DNA of 36,512 bases, taken from NCBI RefSeq assembly GCF_001194135.2, contig NC_068984.1, forward strand, positions 53,310,067 through 53,346,578. The letters are read 5' to 3'. The notes beneath the pieces are model-generated. The model was not told the origin of the DNA. It searched no databases and saw nothing but the letters and a program-made list of their open reading frames with translations. The position numbers and the translations under genes are program-made. Within the stretch, counting starts at the first letter, position 1, and each line of letters opens with the position of its first letter. Source of the stretch: Octopus bimaculoides (lineage: Eukaryota). Of this stretch, positions 1-11,288 are shown in pieces.

Positions 1-170
1 AGAGAGTGAGAGAGAGGGAAAGAGAGAAGAGAGTGAGAGAGTAAGGGTGAGAGAGTAAGAGAGTAAGAGTGTAGAGAGTAAGAGTGAGAGAGGGGGGGAG
101 TACGAGAGAAGAGAGTGAGAGAGAGTAAGAGAGAGGAGAGAAAGAGTAGGGGATATATATATATATGTAT

Positions 171-216
<46 letters not shown>
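1..216. repeat. Compound microsatellite: degenerate (GA)n, (TA)n, (CA)n
   Basis: Read directly from the sequence. Confidence 0.95.
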
Positions 217-218
<2 letters not shown>

Positions 219-955
219 TAATTTATCTTAATATGTATATATGTTTAAATTTTTATATATATATGGCATTACACTTGTATGAGTATAAATAGAAAACTAG
301 AAAATTGGAAATGCATGTAATTAATATGACCCCATGTGAAGAAAATATTATTAGCTCATGTCCAGACACATAAAAGATAGAATTTATCAATGACGTCAAT
401 AAAACATAGCTGGTAATTGTGATTATACACCACAAAATTTGTGATAGAAACTTAAAATTCCATACATTCTTTATACATATTCCTGGTCATTTCTTCTATT
501 GTACAAGTATTTTGAAAGTTCAGATATAATAGCACCACCTTGTACTTTTTAAAGAAGAAAAACAAATTATATAGTTGGTTAATATATATAATACATTGTA
601 TGTACAATATACTAGCAAGGGAGTAATAGATGCACACACACATAGGCACACATACACACACACACACATAAGGGATTGTAATCCAAGCTATGTCCTCATG
701 AAGCCTGTGTGTGTACTCTGGCTATCAGTTGCATGTATGTAGATGAATAATATGCTTGACTAAGGATTTCAACTTGTATGTATGATTTTTCTCATTTAAA
801 ATTTTACTTTAAATGAGAAAATCATTATACACAAGCTGAAATTCTTGATCAAATATATTATTCGCACAGTAATTACAGTAATTATGTATCAAAACAAAGA
901 CTGGAACACATAGGGAAAAATTTTAATGAATGTATTTACTTTATTATGAATATGT

Positions 956-1098
956 NNNNNNNNNNNNNNNNNNNNNNNNNNNNNNNNNNNNNNNNNNNNN
1001 NNNNNNNNNNNNNNNNNNNNNNNNNNNNNNNNNNNNNNNNNNNNNNNNNNNNNNNNNNNNNNNNNNNNNNNNNNNNNNNNNNNNNNNNNNNNNNNNNN
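956..1098. other. Assembly gap (N run); other gaps at 1637-2061, 22167-22429, 26403-26439, 29169-29268
   Basis: N runs, several flanked by (TA)n. Confidence 0.99.
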
Positions 1099-1134
<36 letters not shown>

Positions 1135-1181
1135 TAATAACAATAAATGGAGCAAAACGCATATAAATAAAAGTTCCTTTA

Positions 1182-1270
1182 ATTCCTACACATGTTTCAA
1201 AATATATGTGTACACTACTCCAAAGAAGTAAGAGCTGCTGGAATTCCACATATATTCATCGTCAGGGAAC
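1182..1270 (-). ncRNA. Type I hammerhead ribozyme-like motif (left arm copy)
   Basis: Same architecture on the minus strand with core CUGACGA; 10.1:11.1 is U.U. Confidence 0.55.
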
Positions 1271-1300
1271 CAACATTTTGCATTTGTCTTGCTTCTATAT

Positions 1301-1389
1301 GTTCCCTGATGACGAATATATGTGGAATTCCAGCAGCTCTTACTTCTTTGGAGTAGAGTACACATATATTTTGAAACATGTGTAGGAAT
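1301..1389 (+). ncRNA. Type I hammerhead ribozyme-like motif (right arm); non-canonical helix II junction
   Basis: GUUCC-CUGAUGA-C-GAAUAUAUGUG...CACAUAUAUUU-U-GAA-ACAUGUGU-A-GGAAU. Helix I TTCC/GGAA, 11-bp helix II, near-palindromic helix III, GUA triplet (cut after 1384). Position 10.1:11.1 is C.U rather than G-C. Confidence 0.6.
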
Positions 1390-1600
1390 TAAAGGAACTT
1401 TTATTTATATGCGTTTTTCTCCATTTATTGTTATTATTCATATCTACTCAAAATGCATCACATTAACTTGGTATCTCTACCTATAAAATGAGTGTGATAT
1501 CCTGTTTTTTTTGTGTAATTTTTGCTACCCATGGTAACTATTAACATATTTACATTGTCAAAGTTTTTTTAAACTGAGATAATATTAATATATACATAAA

Positions 1601-1636
<36 letters not shown>

Positions 1637-2430
1637 NNNNNNNNNNNNNNNNNNNNNNNNNNNNNNNNNNNNNNNNNNNNNNNNNNNNNNNNNNNNNNNN
1701 NNNNNNNNNNNNNNNNNNNNNNNNNNNNNNNNNNNNNNNNNNNNNNNNNNNNNNNNNNNNNNNNNNNNNNNNNNNNNNNNNNNNNNNNNNNNNNNNNNNN
1801 NNNNNNNNNNNNNNNNNNNNNNNNNNNNNNNNNNNNNNNNNNNNNNNNNNNNNNNNNNNNNNNNNNNNNNNNNNNNNNNNNNNNNNNNNNNNNNNNNNNN
1901 NNNNNNNNNNNNNNNNNNNNNNNNNNNNNNNNNNNNNNNNNNNNNNNNNNNNNNNNNNNNNNNNNNNNNNNNNNNNNNNNNNNNNNNNNNNNNNNNNNNN
2001 NNNNNNNNNNNNNNNNNNNNNNNNNNNNNNNNNNNNNNNNNNNNNNNNNNNNNNNNNNNNNATATATATATATATGTATATATCCAAATATTGGCAGATT
2101 GGAGAAGATAAAATCCAGGCTACATATGTTTCCTAGCTAGCAGGTCCTCTGATGTAATAATTACTCAATGAGGGGTATTCAGCTAGCTACTCATCAGGCT
2201 GAAGATACCTTACTTATATGAAGGTTACACTGTCATTAAAGCATCCCAAGTTAACTCACCAAAGATATAATTTGAAAATCGTTATGGGTAAAGCCTACAA
2301 CCGTCACTGCCAATAAATTATTATTGTTCCTGAACATTGATTTTTATACCTACCACAGACTGCTTGAAACTTACAAACTTCCTACACTTAGATCCTTGGA
2401 TCTTATAATCACACACACACACACACACAT

Positions 2431-2468
<38 letters not shown>

Positions 2469-2470
2469 GC

Positions 2471-2972
2471 ATCCAGAAGTGCCATTCTCTAATTGTGGAG
2501 GTAATGTGTAGAAGGAGTAGACCCAAGAAGATGTGGGACGAAGTGGTGAAAAAGGATCTTCAAATGTTGGGCCTCACAGAGGGGATGACAAGGGATTGAA
2601 CTTCTGGTGGTTTGCTGTGTTTGAGAAACTAAGTAAAACCATGGTTGTTCTTGCACACAAGCATGTCCCCTGCATCCCTCTGCTGCTGCACACAGGCATG
2701 TCCCTGCATCCTAATTGTGTAGGCTTGTGGGTGCTGGTACCACATAAAAAGCACCCATTCCAGTGTCACATAAAAGTACCTATGCTGGTGCTGTGTGAAA
2801 GTACCCAGTTACACTCTGTAAAGTGGTTGGCATTAGGAAGGGCATCCAGCCATAGAAACCATGTCAAACAGACATGGAGTCTGGGCAGCTCTTCAGCAGG
2901 TCGGCTCCTGTCAGATCATCCAACCCATGCCAGCAGGAAAATCGGATGTTAAATGATGGTGATGATGATGAT
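2471..2972 (+). mobile_element. RTE-clade LINE 3' fragment (ORF2 C-terminus plus 3' UTR ending in (GAT)n)
   Basis: KCHSLIVEVMCRRSRPKKMWDEVVKKDLQMLGLTEGMTRD matches the RTE C-terminus in the larger copy at 5075-5392. Shares its 3' UTR sequence. Confidence 0.85.
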
Positions 2973-3380
2973 TTATGCGTGCGCGTGTGTGTGTGCGTGC
3001 ATGTGTGTGTCTGCGTGTGAGTGCGTGTGTATCATTCAACTAAGGTAGTGGTTGAGTAATATTCTTAAGGCCGCAATTTACTCACAAGCAGCATGTCACT
3101 AATTCAGTTCTTAACCAAATTGAAAACTGTTAACATTTTTTGAAGATGGCTGGTCCCTAGCTACATTTTAGCATTAAAAAATTTGAGATTTCAACCAGGA
3201 GAAAAAAGTTTACATCAAAATTTGTAGCACATTATAGGAGTGTAAATCAAGTTTAGATCTAAATAACTTTTTTATTTTAAACGCAAAATATATTTATCTT
3301 AGCTTCAATGATAGATGAAAGCATGAAGAATTTCATAGTTTTGGTCCCATGCAAGAAAAATTTGTATTAAAAACATTGTG

Positions 3381-3546
3381 AGGTGCAGGAGTGGCTGTGT
3401 GATAAGTAGCTTGCTTACCAACCACATGGTTCCGGGTTCAGTCCCACTGCATGGCACCTTGGGCAAGTGTCTTCTACTATAGCCTTGGGCTTACCAAAAC
3501 CTTGTGAGTGGATTTGGTAGACGGAAACTGAAAGAAGCCCGTCGTA

Positions 3547-3591
<45 letters not shown>

Positions 3592-3800
3592 ATATGTTTG
3601 TGTGTCTGTGTTTGTCCCCTCAACATTGCTTGACAACCGATGGTGGTGTGTTTACGTAACTTAGCGGTTCAGCAAAAGAGACCGATAGAATAAGTACTAG
3701 GCTTCCAAAGAATAAGTCCTGGGGTTGATTTGCTCGACTAAAGGCGGTGCTCCAGCATGGCTGCAGTCAAATGACTGAAACAAGTAAAAGAGTAAAGAGT
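3381..3800 (+). mobile_element. tRNA-derived SINE, family A (internal TA/TG microsatellite, AAAGAGT tail)
   Basis: A/B-box-like head GTGGCTGTGTGATAAG...GGTTCAGTCCC. Four more copies in the window. Confidence 0.9.
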
Positions 3801-4390
3801 AGGTAAAATATCATGAAAAAAATATAAGAAAGGCCAAAATTTGGATTTAAGTAAAATTGACTTTTTTATTTTATAAACAAACTATATTTTGATTAAACCT
3901 AAATGATTGGGCTCAATTCGAAAAATTCATGGTATCAATCTCATGTAATGAAGTTTTAAAAGAAAAAAGTCATGAGTGTTTATTTCTCAAATTTGAGGGT
4001 GATAATATAGTTCTATACTTTTATTGAATGTAGTTCTATAAGAGGACTTTTAATATATGTCACCAGCATCATTGAGGTAAGGAAGAAATTATCAATGACA
4101 CTGCTAATTGACACAGTTGACACATTATTAATTAGCATAATAGCATAGCCTGGAAAAAGTTATTACACTTGGAAAAGTTGAGGACAACTTATTACATCTG
4201 GTAAAGTACAGAACAAAAACATTTTTATTTAAAATATTGCAGCTAAGGATAAAATTTGAATATTAAAAATTATTTGATTTTAATTTACAAAGTAACATTA
4301 TAATTAAAAAAGGTACCATCATTTTGTTACAATATTGACATGCTAGAATACTTAAAAAATGAGAGCCAGAAGTACCAATATAACTAAAGT

Positions 4391-4434
4391 TTTATGCAAA
4401 GTAGAATAGTATATACTATTCTACTTTGCATAAA
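4391..4434. repeat. Perfect 44-bp palindrome
   Basis: TTTATGCAAAGTAGAATAGTAT followed directly by its exact reverse complement. Confidence 0.95.
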
Positions 4435-4607
4435 GTAGAATAGTATAGGCAAATTCATTATGTAAAAAAACAGGCATTGGGTCAAGACTAAAAATGTGAA
4501 GACTTGGCAATAACTTAGGCAATAACTCAAGCAAATTTTACTGTGAATTTGTTGTTATAGAAAGATTTTACTGTAATATATAACTAATTTTTTTATTATT
4601 CTATTTA

Positions 4608-7400
4608 TTCATCATCATCATAATCATCATCGTTTTACATCCGTTTTCCATGCTAGCATGGATTGGCCTGTTCAACTGGGATCTGGGAAGCCAGGATGAT
4701 GCACCAGGCTCAAGTCTGATTTGGCAGTGTTTCTACAGCTGGATGCACTTCCCAATGGCAACCACTCTGTGAGTGTAGTGGGTGCTTTTTACATGCCACC
4801 AGCACAGGGGCCACAGGTGGCTGGCAACGGCCACGATTGGTTGGTGCTTTTTACATGCCACCGGCACGGAAGACAGTCAAGGCCGTGCTGCTATCGCTCA
4901 TGTTCAGATAGTGCTTTTTATGTGCCACTGGCATGGGGATCACAACTACAATTTCCATTTGATTTTCATTTTGATGCTGATGTTGATGTACTTGACTCAA
5001 TAGGTCTCCTCAAGCACAGCATGTTGCCCTACAATCCAAGGTACTTTTGAATGGTGTAGGATACAACTGTGAACTCACTTTATTTGTCGTGTCTTCGCAG
5101 TCATAGCATATCTCCAGAGGTCTTGGTCTTTCATCATTGTCTCTGTGAGGCCCAATGTTTGAAGGCTGTGCTTGACACCCTCATCCCATGTCTTCCTAGG
5201 TCTACCTCTACCCCGGTTTCCTTCAACTGTTTGGGAGTGGCACTTCTTCACACAGCTCTCCTCATCCATCCATAGTACATGACCATACCAGCACAAACGT
5301 TTCTCTTGCACACCACATCTGATGCTTCTTATGTCCAACATTTCTCTCAGGACGCTTACACTCTGTCGTGTGTGAACGCTGACATTACACATCTAGCGGA
5401 TCATGCTAGCTTCATTTCTTTCAAGCCTACGCATGTTCTCAGCAATCATAGCCCATGTTTCACTGCCGTGAAGCATGGCAGTTCACACACATGCATCATA
5501 CAATCTACCTTTCACTCTGAGCAAGAGGCCCTTTGTCACCAGTAGGGGTAGAAGCTTTCTAAACTTTGCCCAGGCTATTCTTATTCTAGAGGAAACACTC
5601 TCTGAGCATCCACCTCCACACCTAGGTAGTGGAAGCTATCAACTACTTCTAGTTTCTACCCCTGGAATGTGATGGAATCTGTTTTCTGAGCATCTGTGGT
5701 GTCTATTGCCCCTGGGCATCTGCCGCACACGAAAGCTATCTTCCTGGTTAATCTTCCTTTGATGTTGCTGCACCTCTTTTGTGTCCCTAGCTTACACAAG
5801 GTACATCTTATGGAGTTTCTACCCACACCTTTTCTTCACATCGAGCAGGGCCACCTATCTGAAGGGGTGTGTGATGTGTTCACCTTCCTACTTAATAGAA
5901 CTTTGGTCTTTGCAACATTGACTCTAAGGCCTTTTAATTCTAAACCTTGCTTCCACACCTGAAATTTCTTCTCTAGTTCTGGTAGTGACTCTGCTATGAA
6001 GGCCAGGTCATCAGTATAGAGGAACTCCCAAGGGCAACCTATCTTGAATTCCTATGTTATTGCCTGGAGGGCTATGATGAATAAAAGGGGACTGAGGGCT
6101 GATCCTTGGTGGACCCCTACTTCTACCTGCAATTCTTCACTATACTCATTGCCAATCCTAACTTTACTATTGACCTCTCTGTATAGGGCCTGTACAGCCT
6201 TTATTAACTATTTGTCAATCCCCAGCTTCTGCATCGCCCACCAGATAAGGGATTGGGGAACCCTGTCAAAGGCTTTCTTTAAGTCCACAAAAGTTAAGTA
6301 TAGGGGTTTATCTTTGGCTAGGTATTTCTCCTGCAGTTGCCACACCAGCAATATAGCATCAGTAGTGCTTCTACTTGGCACAAAACTGAACTGCATCTCA
6401 TCTAACCAGACTCTCTCCCTAATGAGATGGGCTATGACCCTCTCTATGACCTTCATCACCTGATCCAGCAGTAGTTACCCCTGTAGTTATTTCTATCTAA
6501 AGTATCACCTTTACCTTTGTAGCAGTTGACTATGGTGCTGCTATGCCAGTCATTGGGTATGACTCCATCATGAACTACCTGGTTTACAATACAGGTGACT
6601 AGGCCATAGCCCACACCACCAGATGTTTTAAGCATCTCAGCAGTGATTCCTGATGGGCCGGGGGCTTTTCCTGGCTTCATACCCTTAATTGCTTTATCTA
6701 CCAGGGAGGTGTCTATTTGGATAGTTGGTCCCTCTACTGGGTCAACATTTGGCAGGCTCTCCTCCTCCCATTCATTCTCCACATTCAGCAGCCTTTCATA
6801 ATGGCATTTCCAAGCCTCTTTCTTTGCAGAATCATTAAACGCAAGTGCACCATCATCCATGTGGACACATTTCTCTCCTTTGACATCACAATTTTCTCTC
6901 ACACACTGTCTTGCAATCCGAAATAATTCAATTCTTTGGTCCTCATGTTGCTGGACATTGGCAAACTTTTTTTCTGCTTCAACCTTGGCAATGTATACCT
7001 GCCACCCAGCCTTCCTTTTGGCTATCTGGTATAGTTCTCTGCTACCCCCACCCTTCTAGGCTTTCCAGGCCTGTTTCTTTGCTCTAATGGCTTTGTCTAC
7101 CAAATTATTCCACCACCATGTTACTCTAGGTCTGGCAGGGACTTTGCACCATCTGCAGACTTGGTCAGTGGCACTCAGTAAGCTGTCCCGTTGGAATTTC
7201 CAGCTACCTTCTTTGTCCGATATCTGTAGCTTCTCCTCCCTCTCATCAAATTTCTTGATGAGGATGTCCCTAAATCTCTGACCATGTGAAGGGTTCTTTA
7301 GCTTCCAAATCCTTCTTTTCTGGATTGGTCTGCTCCTTGGCATTCTTCTGGCCTTGAGCCTAAAGTCGCTAATGACTAGCCTTTGCTGGGGGGTACATTC
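4608..7400 (-). mobile_element. 5'-truncated, degenerate RTE-clade LINE (endonuclease end, RT, C-terminus, 3' UTR, (GAT)n tail)
   Basis: Fragmented ORFs: RRIWKLK; GKAPGPSGITAEMLK; QFSFVPSRSTTDAI; FVDLKKAFDRVP; LYTDD (YADD variant, about 6010-6020); GRGRPRKTWDE. Multiple frameshifts. Confidence 0.95.
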
Positions 7401-8149
7401 AAATTGGTTGTAGTAACTAATGTAATCCTTCAGGTTTCAAATCACCCTAATGCAGACAAATAATCTTATTTATATTTATATTTTCTATTTTTTTTTTTTT
7501 TCACATTCTTTCTTACATTGGTTTTAATTTCTCATTTAATCACAAAAAATAAAAATGGTAGTACTTCACTATCAATATACTCATGACTACTGAAAATCTC
7601 TGATATAAATTTTATCATTTCATGAAAGATTCTAACAAGAATTAAACTATGGAAACAATAAAAACCATGCGAACATTGTACAATAGAAAAGTACAAGATA
7701 CTATTTTATAAAGAATAATTATTAATTAGAAATTCAGAACTACTTTCTTCTTGTAGGTACCACACTTATGACACTTTAAACTTATGGACTTTTCAAATGA
7801 ACAAACCTCTGTAGCTGAATATAATTAGTATAATCTTCAATGGTCTGAAAATCTTGTTTAGTTATACTATGTTTTTGTCAAGCAAATATAACAGATAAGT
7901 GGCAATTAGTCATTTCTTGCTTGTCACTAGTGACCTTTGTTTAAAGTGTTAATACAATAGAAAATTGATGACTATTTATGTCTCTTTTGTTCAGGAACAG
8001 CTTGATGTATTGGTGAACAGTCAATGGTGTTGGAGAGAATAAAGATTAAAGCTGTGGTTGAGAAAAAGTTAGTTGACACAAGAAGCCATCTAAATAATGG
8101 AAAAGATTTGCCTGTATCATGATGATTTGAACAGGTTATCAAAATACTT

Positions 8150-8847
8150 ACATTATGACTGCTACTCAGTGCTCTGTGAATTCTGTAAAGGCAGTAAGAC
8201 ATGACATGGGCAGCTGCAGCAGAGATTACAAAGATATGACAAACAGTGAAGGACACAGCAGGCATTCTGACTGTGTCCACATGCTGGAATTCATCTTCAT
8301 ATCTGAACAGAGCCTTAGGCTCAATTCATATGGCTATATAAAACTGCTGGAGACTATGATCAATCCCTGACTGGAGAGGCTTGTTGTTGGAAGGCCATAT
8401 CTGTAGAGTCAGAAGTGGTTATCAGAAAATTTTTATGACTTCACCAGCCCCAATATCTATGGTGAACTATTGAGAAATCTGCAGTTACTCTATCCAGATT
8501 ACAAGTTCAGGTTTATACTTGTAATTATTGGGGCCCTGGGATATGTAACACATTGCCTAAATATTAATCTTGAGAAATTAGGCTTCTCAAAACCAGAAAG
8601 GAGAAAGCTAATTCGAAGACTACAGATCCAATCCATCACTGAAACTGTAAAAATCTGTAAAATTTCCACAAGTCTATCATTTAAATATATATGTGCATGT
8701 CTAGATATGCAACTATGTGCATGAAAATACATACATAAAACAAAACATACAAATCTGCACACATACATACATACATACACACACATATATACACACACAT
8801 ACATACATGCATACATACATACATACATACATACATACATACATACA

Positions 8848-8879
<32 letters not shown>

Positions 8880-8880
8880 C
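8150..8880 (+). mobile_element. 3' relic of a non-LTR retrotransposon with restriction-like endonuclease (R2/R4/NeSL group), followed by (CATA)n
   Basis: YGELLRNLQLLYPDYKFRFILVIIGALGYVTHCL...LQIQSITETVKICK resembles the C-terminal RLE motif (Y..L...P..IGALG). Upstream part is deleted or decayed. Confidence 0.65.
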
Positions 8881-9649
8881 CTATAGTAATACACTTTCAT
8901 TAATTTTACTAGCAAACATCAAAATTATTATCAGTATTTTCTTCTTAAACTAAGTGAGAAATACATGAAATTAAAATTATCTAATATGAAGATAATGCTA
9001 TCTTCAGGTGCCAAGGCTGATGATAAAAAGATATAGTTTAACAATGACATAAAAGAAACAACCTAAGCTGTCAATCGTGTCCAAACACCCATTCTTCTAT
9101 GTCATAACCCTAAATTCTACACATTCCTTACGGATAATGTTACAAGTGTCTTTATATTTTGTACAGGTATTTGGCAAGGACAAACATAACAGTAACACCT
9201 TGTACTTTTGAAACTAGAAACAAATCATATGGTTGGTTAATTTCTCAACTATGCAACACATTAAAAAAAAAATGGGGTGATAAAGAAAATATTTCTTTTT
9301 CTTATAAGTCTTTTAAAGATGTGAATTTTGCCACTTATTTTATTTCACCTAATGAAATATGATTATGAAGTTAGCTGCCTTTTTTTTTACTAAATACTTT
9401 TACACATTGGGGCAGGTAGTTACATGCCCTACTCTCAAATTTGTACTTGTATATTATCTCTGTATTTTATGTCATTATCCCACACTCTGTACACGCACGC
9501 ACACACACACACACACACGGTGTGTGTGTATGTGTGTGTGTCTGAGTGTCTGTGTGCATGCACACATGGGTTGAAGTGTAACTATGTATGTCAAAAGTAC
9601 TATCTGAGCAGTAGGCGTGCAATGTATTCAGATTCTATACTTTCAATAC

Positions 9650-10745
9650 TGATATGACATACAACTTCTCATTGTCACTGTTATATCTGAACTGTTATAA
9701 TATTGAAGGTTCCTGATGTTTTCTTATTACTCTCCAACTATGTATCTTCAGCAAGCACTCCATGATATTTCTATTTGATAATTCCTACGACTTGTACACT
9801 ATAACTGCACATATGATACTCTTCTGCCACTTTTTGCAAGGTTAACTCAGTGTCTTGTGTCAACTTTGTTAATATTCTCACTCGTATTTCTGCATCCTCA
9901 CTTGCAGTTAGTCCTTTGACAAATATCAAACATTTAAACATGTCTGGGGACAACTCTCCTGACATGAATTTTTCACATGCTTTGTTAACAATTCTTGCAT
10001 ATATAACAAAGTCATCATTTTCATTTTTTTTAAAATTTAGGCATTCCCAACGTATATTGAATAGTGAGTTCTTTTCACTGAATATATTAATTAGTCAATA
10101 TTTCAATTGTTTCTTCAAAACAAATTTCTGACAACTTTTTTGATAGAATAAAGTTGCAATATTTCTCATGCTCTGATGGAGCTAATTTACGCAAAAGAAG
10201 TTTTACCTTCTTTTCATTTGTCCAACTTTTGCACTCCTCTTTAAATATTTCTTCGTACCTTCTATAGTATGAAGAAAACATAATCCCATCTTCAGGATTA
10301 TACAGGAATTCTTCAATGGAGTTGGCTACTCCATCTGCCAAATATGATGCTGGTGCGTTCTTAGATTGTAGCAATAACTCTATCAATTGCTGGTTTAGTT
10401 GTTGTTGTTGTTTTTGCTGTTCATGGTATTCTTGCTGCTGCTGTAACAGCTGCTGCTGCAACTGTTGTTGTTGCTTTACAATGGAAGCTAGTAGTTCCTC
10501 CATTTCGACACTCCTACGAGCGTTCATAACTTTGTTACCACTGTTATAACGACACTGTTACACACTGGGAGGTATCCACCTCGCTACTGATATGATGTAT
10601 GACTTCTTGTTGTCACTGTTATATCTGAATGGTTATAATATTAAACGTTCCTGATGTTCTCTTATTTCTTTCCAACTGCGTAAAGCCTTCATGATATCTC
10701 TATTCAATAATTCCTATGACCTGTACACTATGACTGCATATATGA
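9650..10745 (-). mobile_element. Internally deleted Ty3/Gypsy LTR retrotransposon (LTR-gag-LTR, no pol)
   Basis: Direct repeats 9650-9816 and 10588-10745 (about 85% identical by hand), ending CA on the element strand. PBS-like GTAGCGAGG follows the 5' LTR, and a gag ORF lies between. Confidence 0.85.
9815..10527 (-). pseudogene. Gypsy gag (K02A2.6-like family) with N-terminal polyQ, one frameshift, C-terminally deleted
   Basis: EEFLYNPEDG..FSSYYRRYEEIF..KVKLLLRKL..HEKYCNFIL / SLFNIRWECL..FKCLIFVKGL..EIRVRILTKL..LTLQKVAEE. A 4-bp TAAT duplication near 10087 causes the shift. Confidence 0.85.
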
Positions 10746-11000
10746 AACCCTTCTCAGACTGTTCTGCACATGCTCATTTATACTAACTAGTATAGTTCAC
10801 TTAGCCAATCATGGTTGTGAACAGATTGCCCTTACAACAAATACAAAGACATAGAAAACCACAATTGTTATTAGATTTATATACATTTGTATTCAACATG
10901 CTTGTGTAAACTTGAATGTGGAAAGACCTTCGTGGTAACTTTCTCAGAAAGGTAGTTCTTATCAATAATGTGTGAAAATACACTAAATGATATCATTGGA

Positions 11001-11045
11001 CTGTAGTAAACATGTTTCTGCATCGTTACACTTCATCAGCTACAG
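11001..11045 (-). ncRNA. Decayed type I hammerhead ribozyme motif
   Basis: CUGUAG-CUGAUGA-AG-UGUA-ACGA-UGCA-GAA-ACAUGUUU-A-CUACAG. Perfect 6-bp helix I; C11.1 missing; one helix III mismatch. Confidence 0.6.
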
Positions 11046-11288
11046 ATACCCAATCTGTCTCTCATAGCCCACTAAGAACTGCTCATGCTTATATACAAAC
11101 AGCAAATAAGAAATTTTCTAATATGTGCAAAGGCTCACTAAGTAGCAATGATTAAAATAAAGCTCTGTACATGTATATTTGATATGTTTGTGTGCAGTCA
11201 AACATGAAAAGGCCTTATAGACAATGTTATGGAAACACTCTGAACTGGACTATAAAAGATGTCATCAGATTATAGGACACATGTTTAA

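Larger units (their letters stand above)
1128..1443. repeat. Long inverted repeat (143-bp arms 1128-1270 and 1301-1443, 30-bp spacer), probable inverted duplication of a Penelope-like pseudo-LTR
   Basis: Manual reverse-complement alignment shows 4 substitutions between the arms. Each arm carries a hammerhead-like motif. Confidence 0.9.

Noticed and set aside
253-2087. ORFs rich in YI/CV repeats or X runs (also 8499-8953, 13609-13891, 20811-21199)
   Set aside because: Translations of microsatellites and gaps.
3381-3460. tRNA-like A/B boxes (also at other SINE heads)
   Set aside because: No closed cloverleaf; they continue into SINE bodies, so they are not tRNA genes.
4780-4930. Three to four spaced GTGCTTTTTACATGCCAC repeats, superficially CRISPR-like
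   Set aside because: Internal sub-repeats of the RTE 3' UTR, present in other copies; eukaryotic context and no cas genes.
7757-9362. Several plus-strand AG acceptors (about 7756, 7995, 9007, 9166)
   Set aside because: No consistent donor and open-frame combination, and no recognisable peptide.
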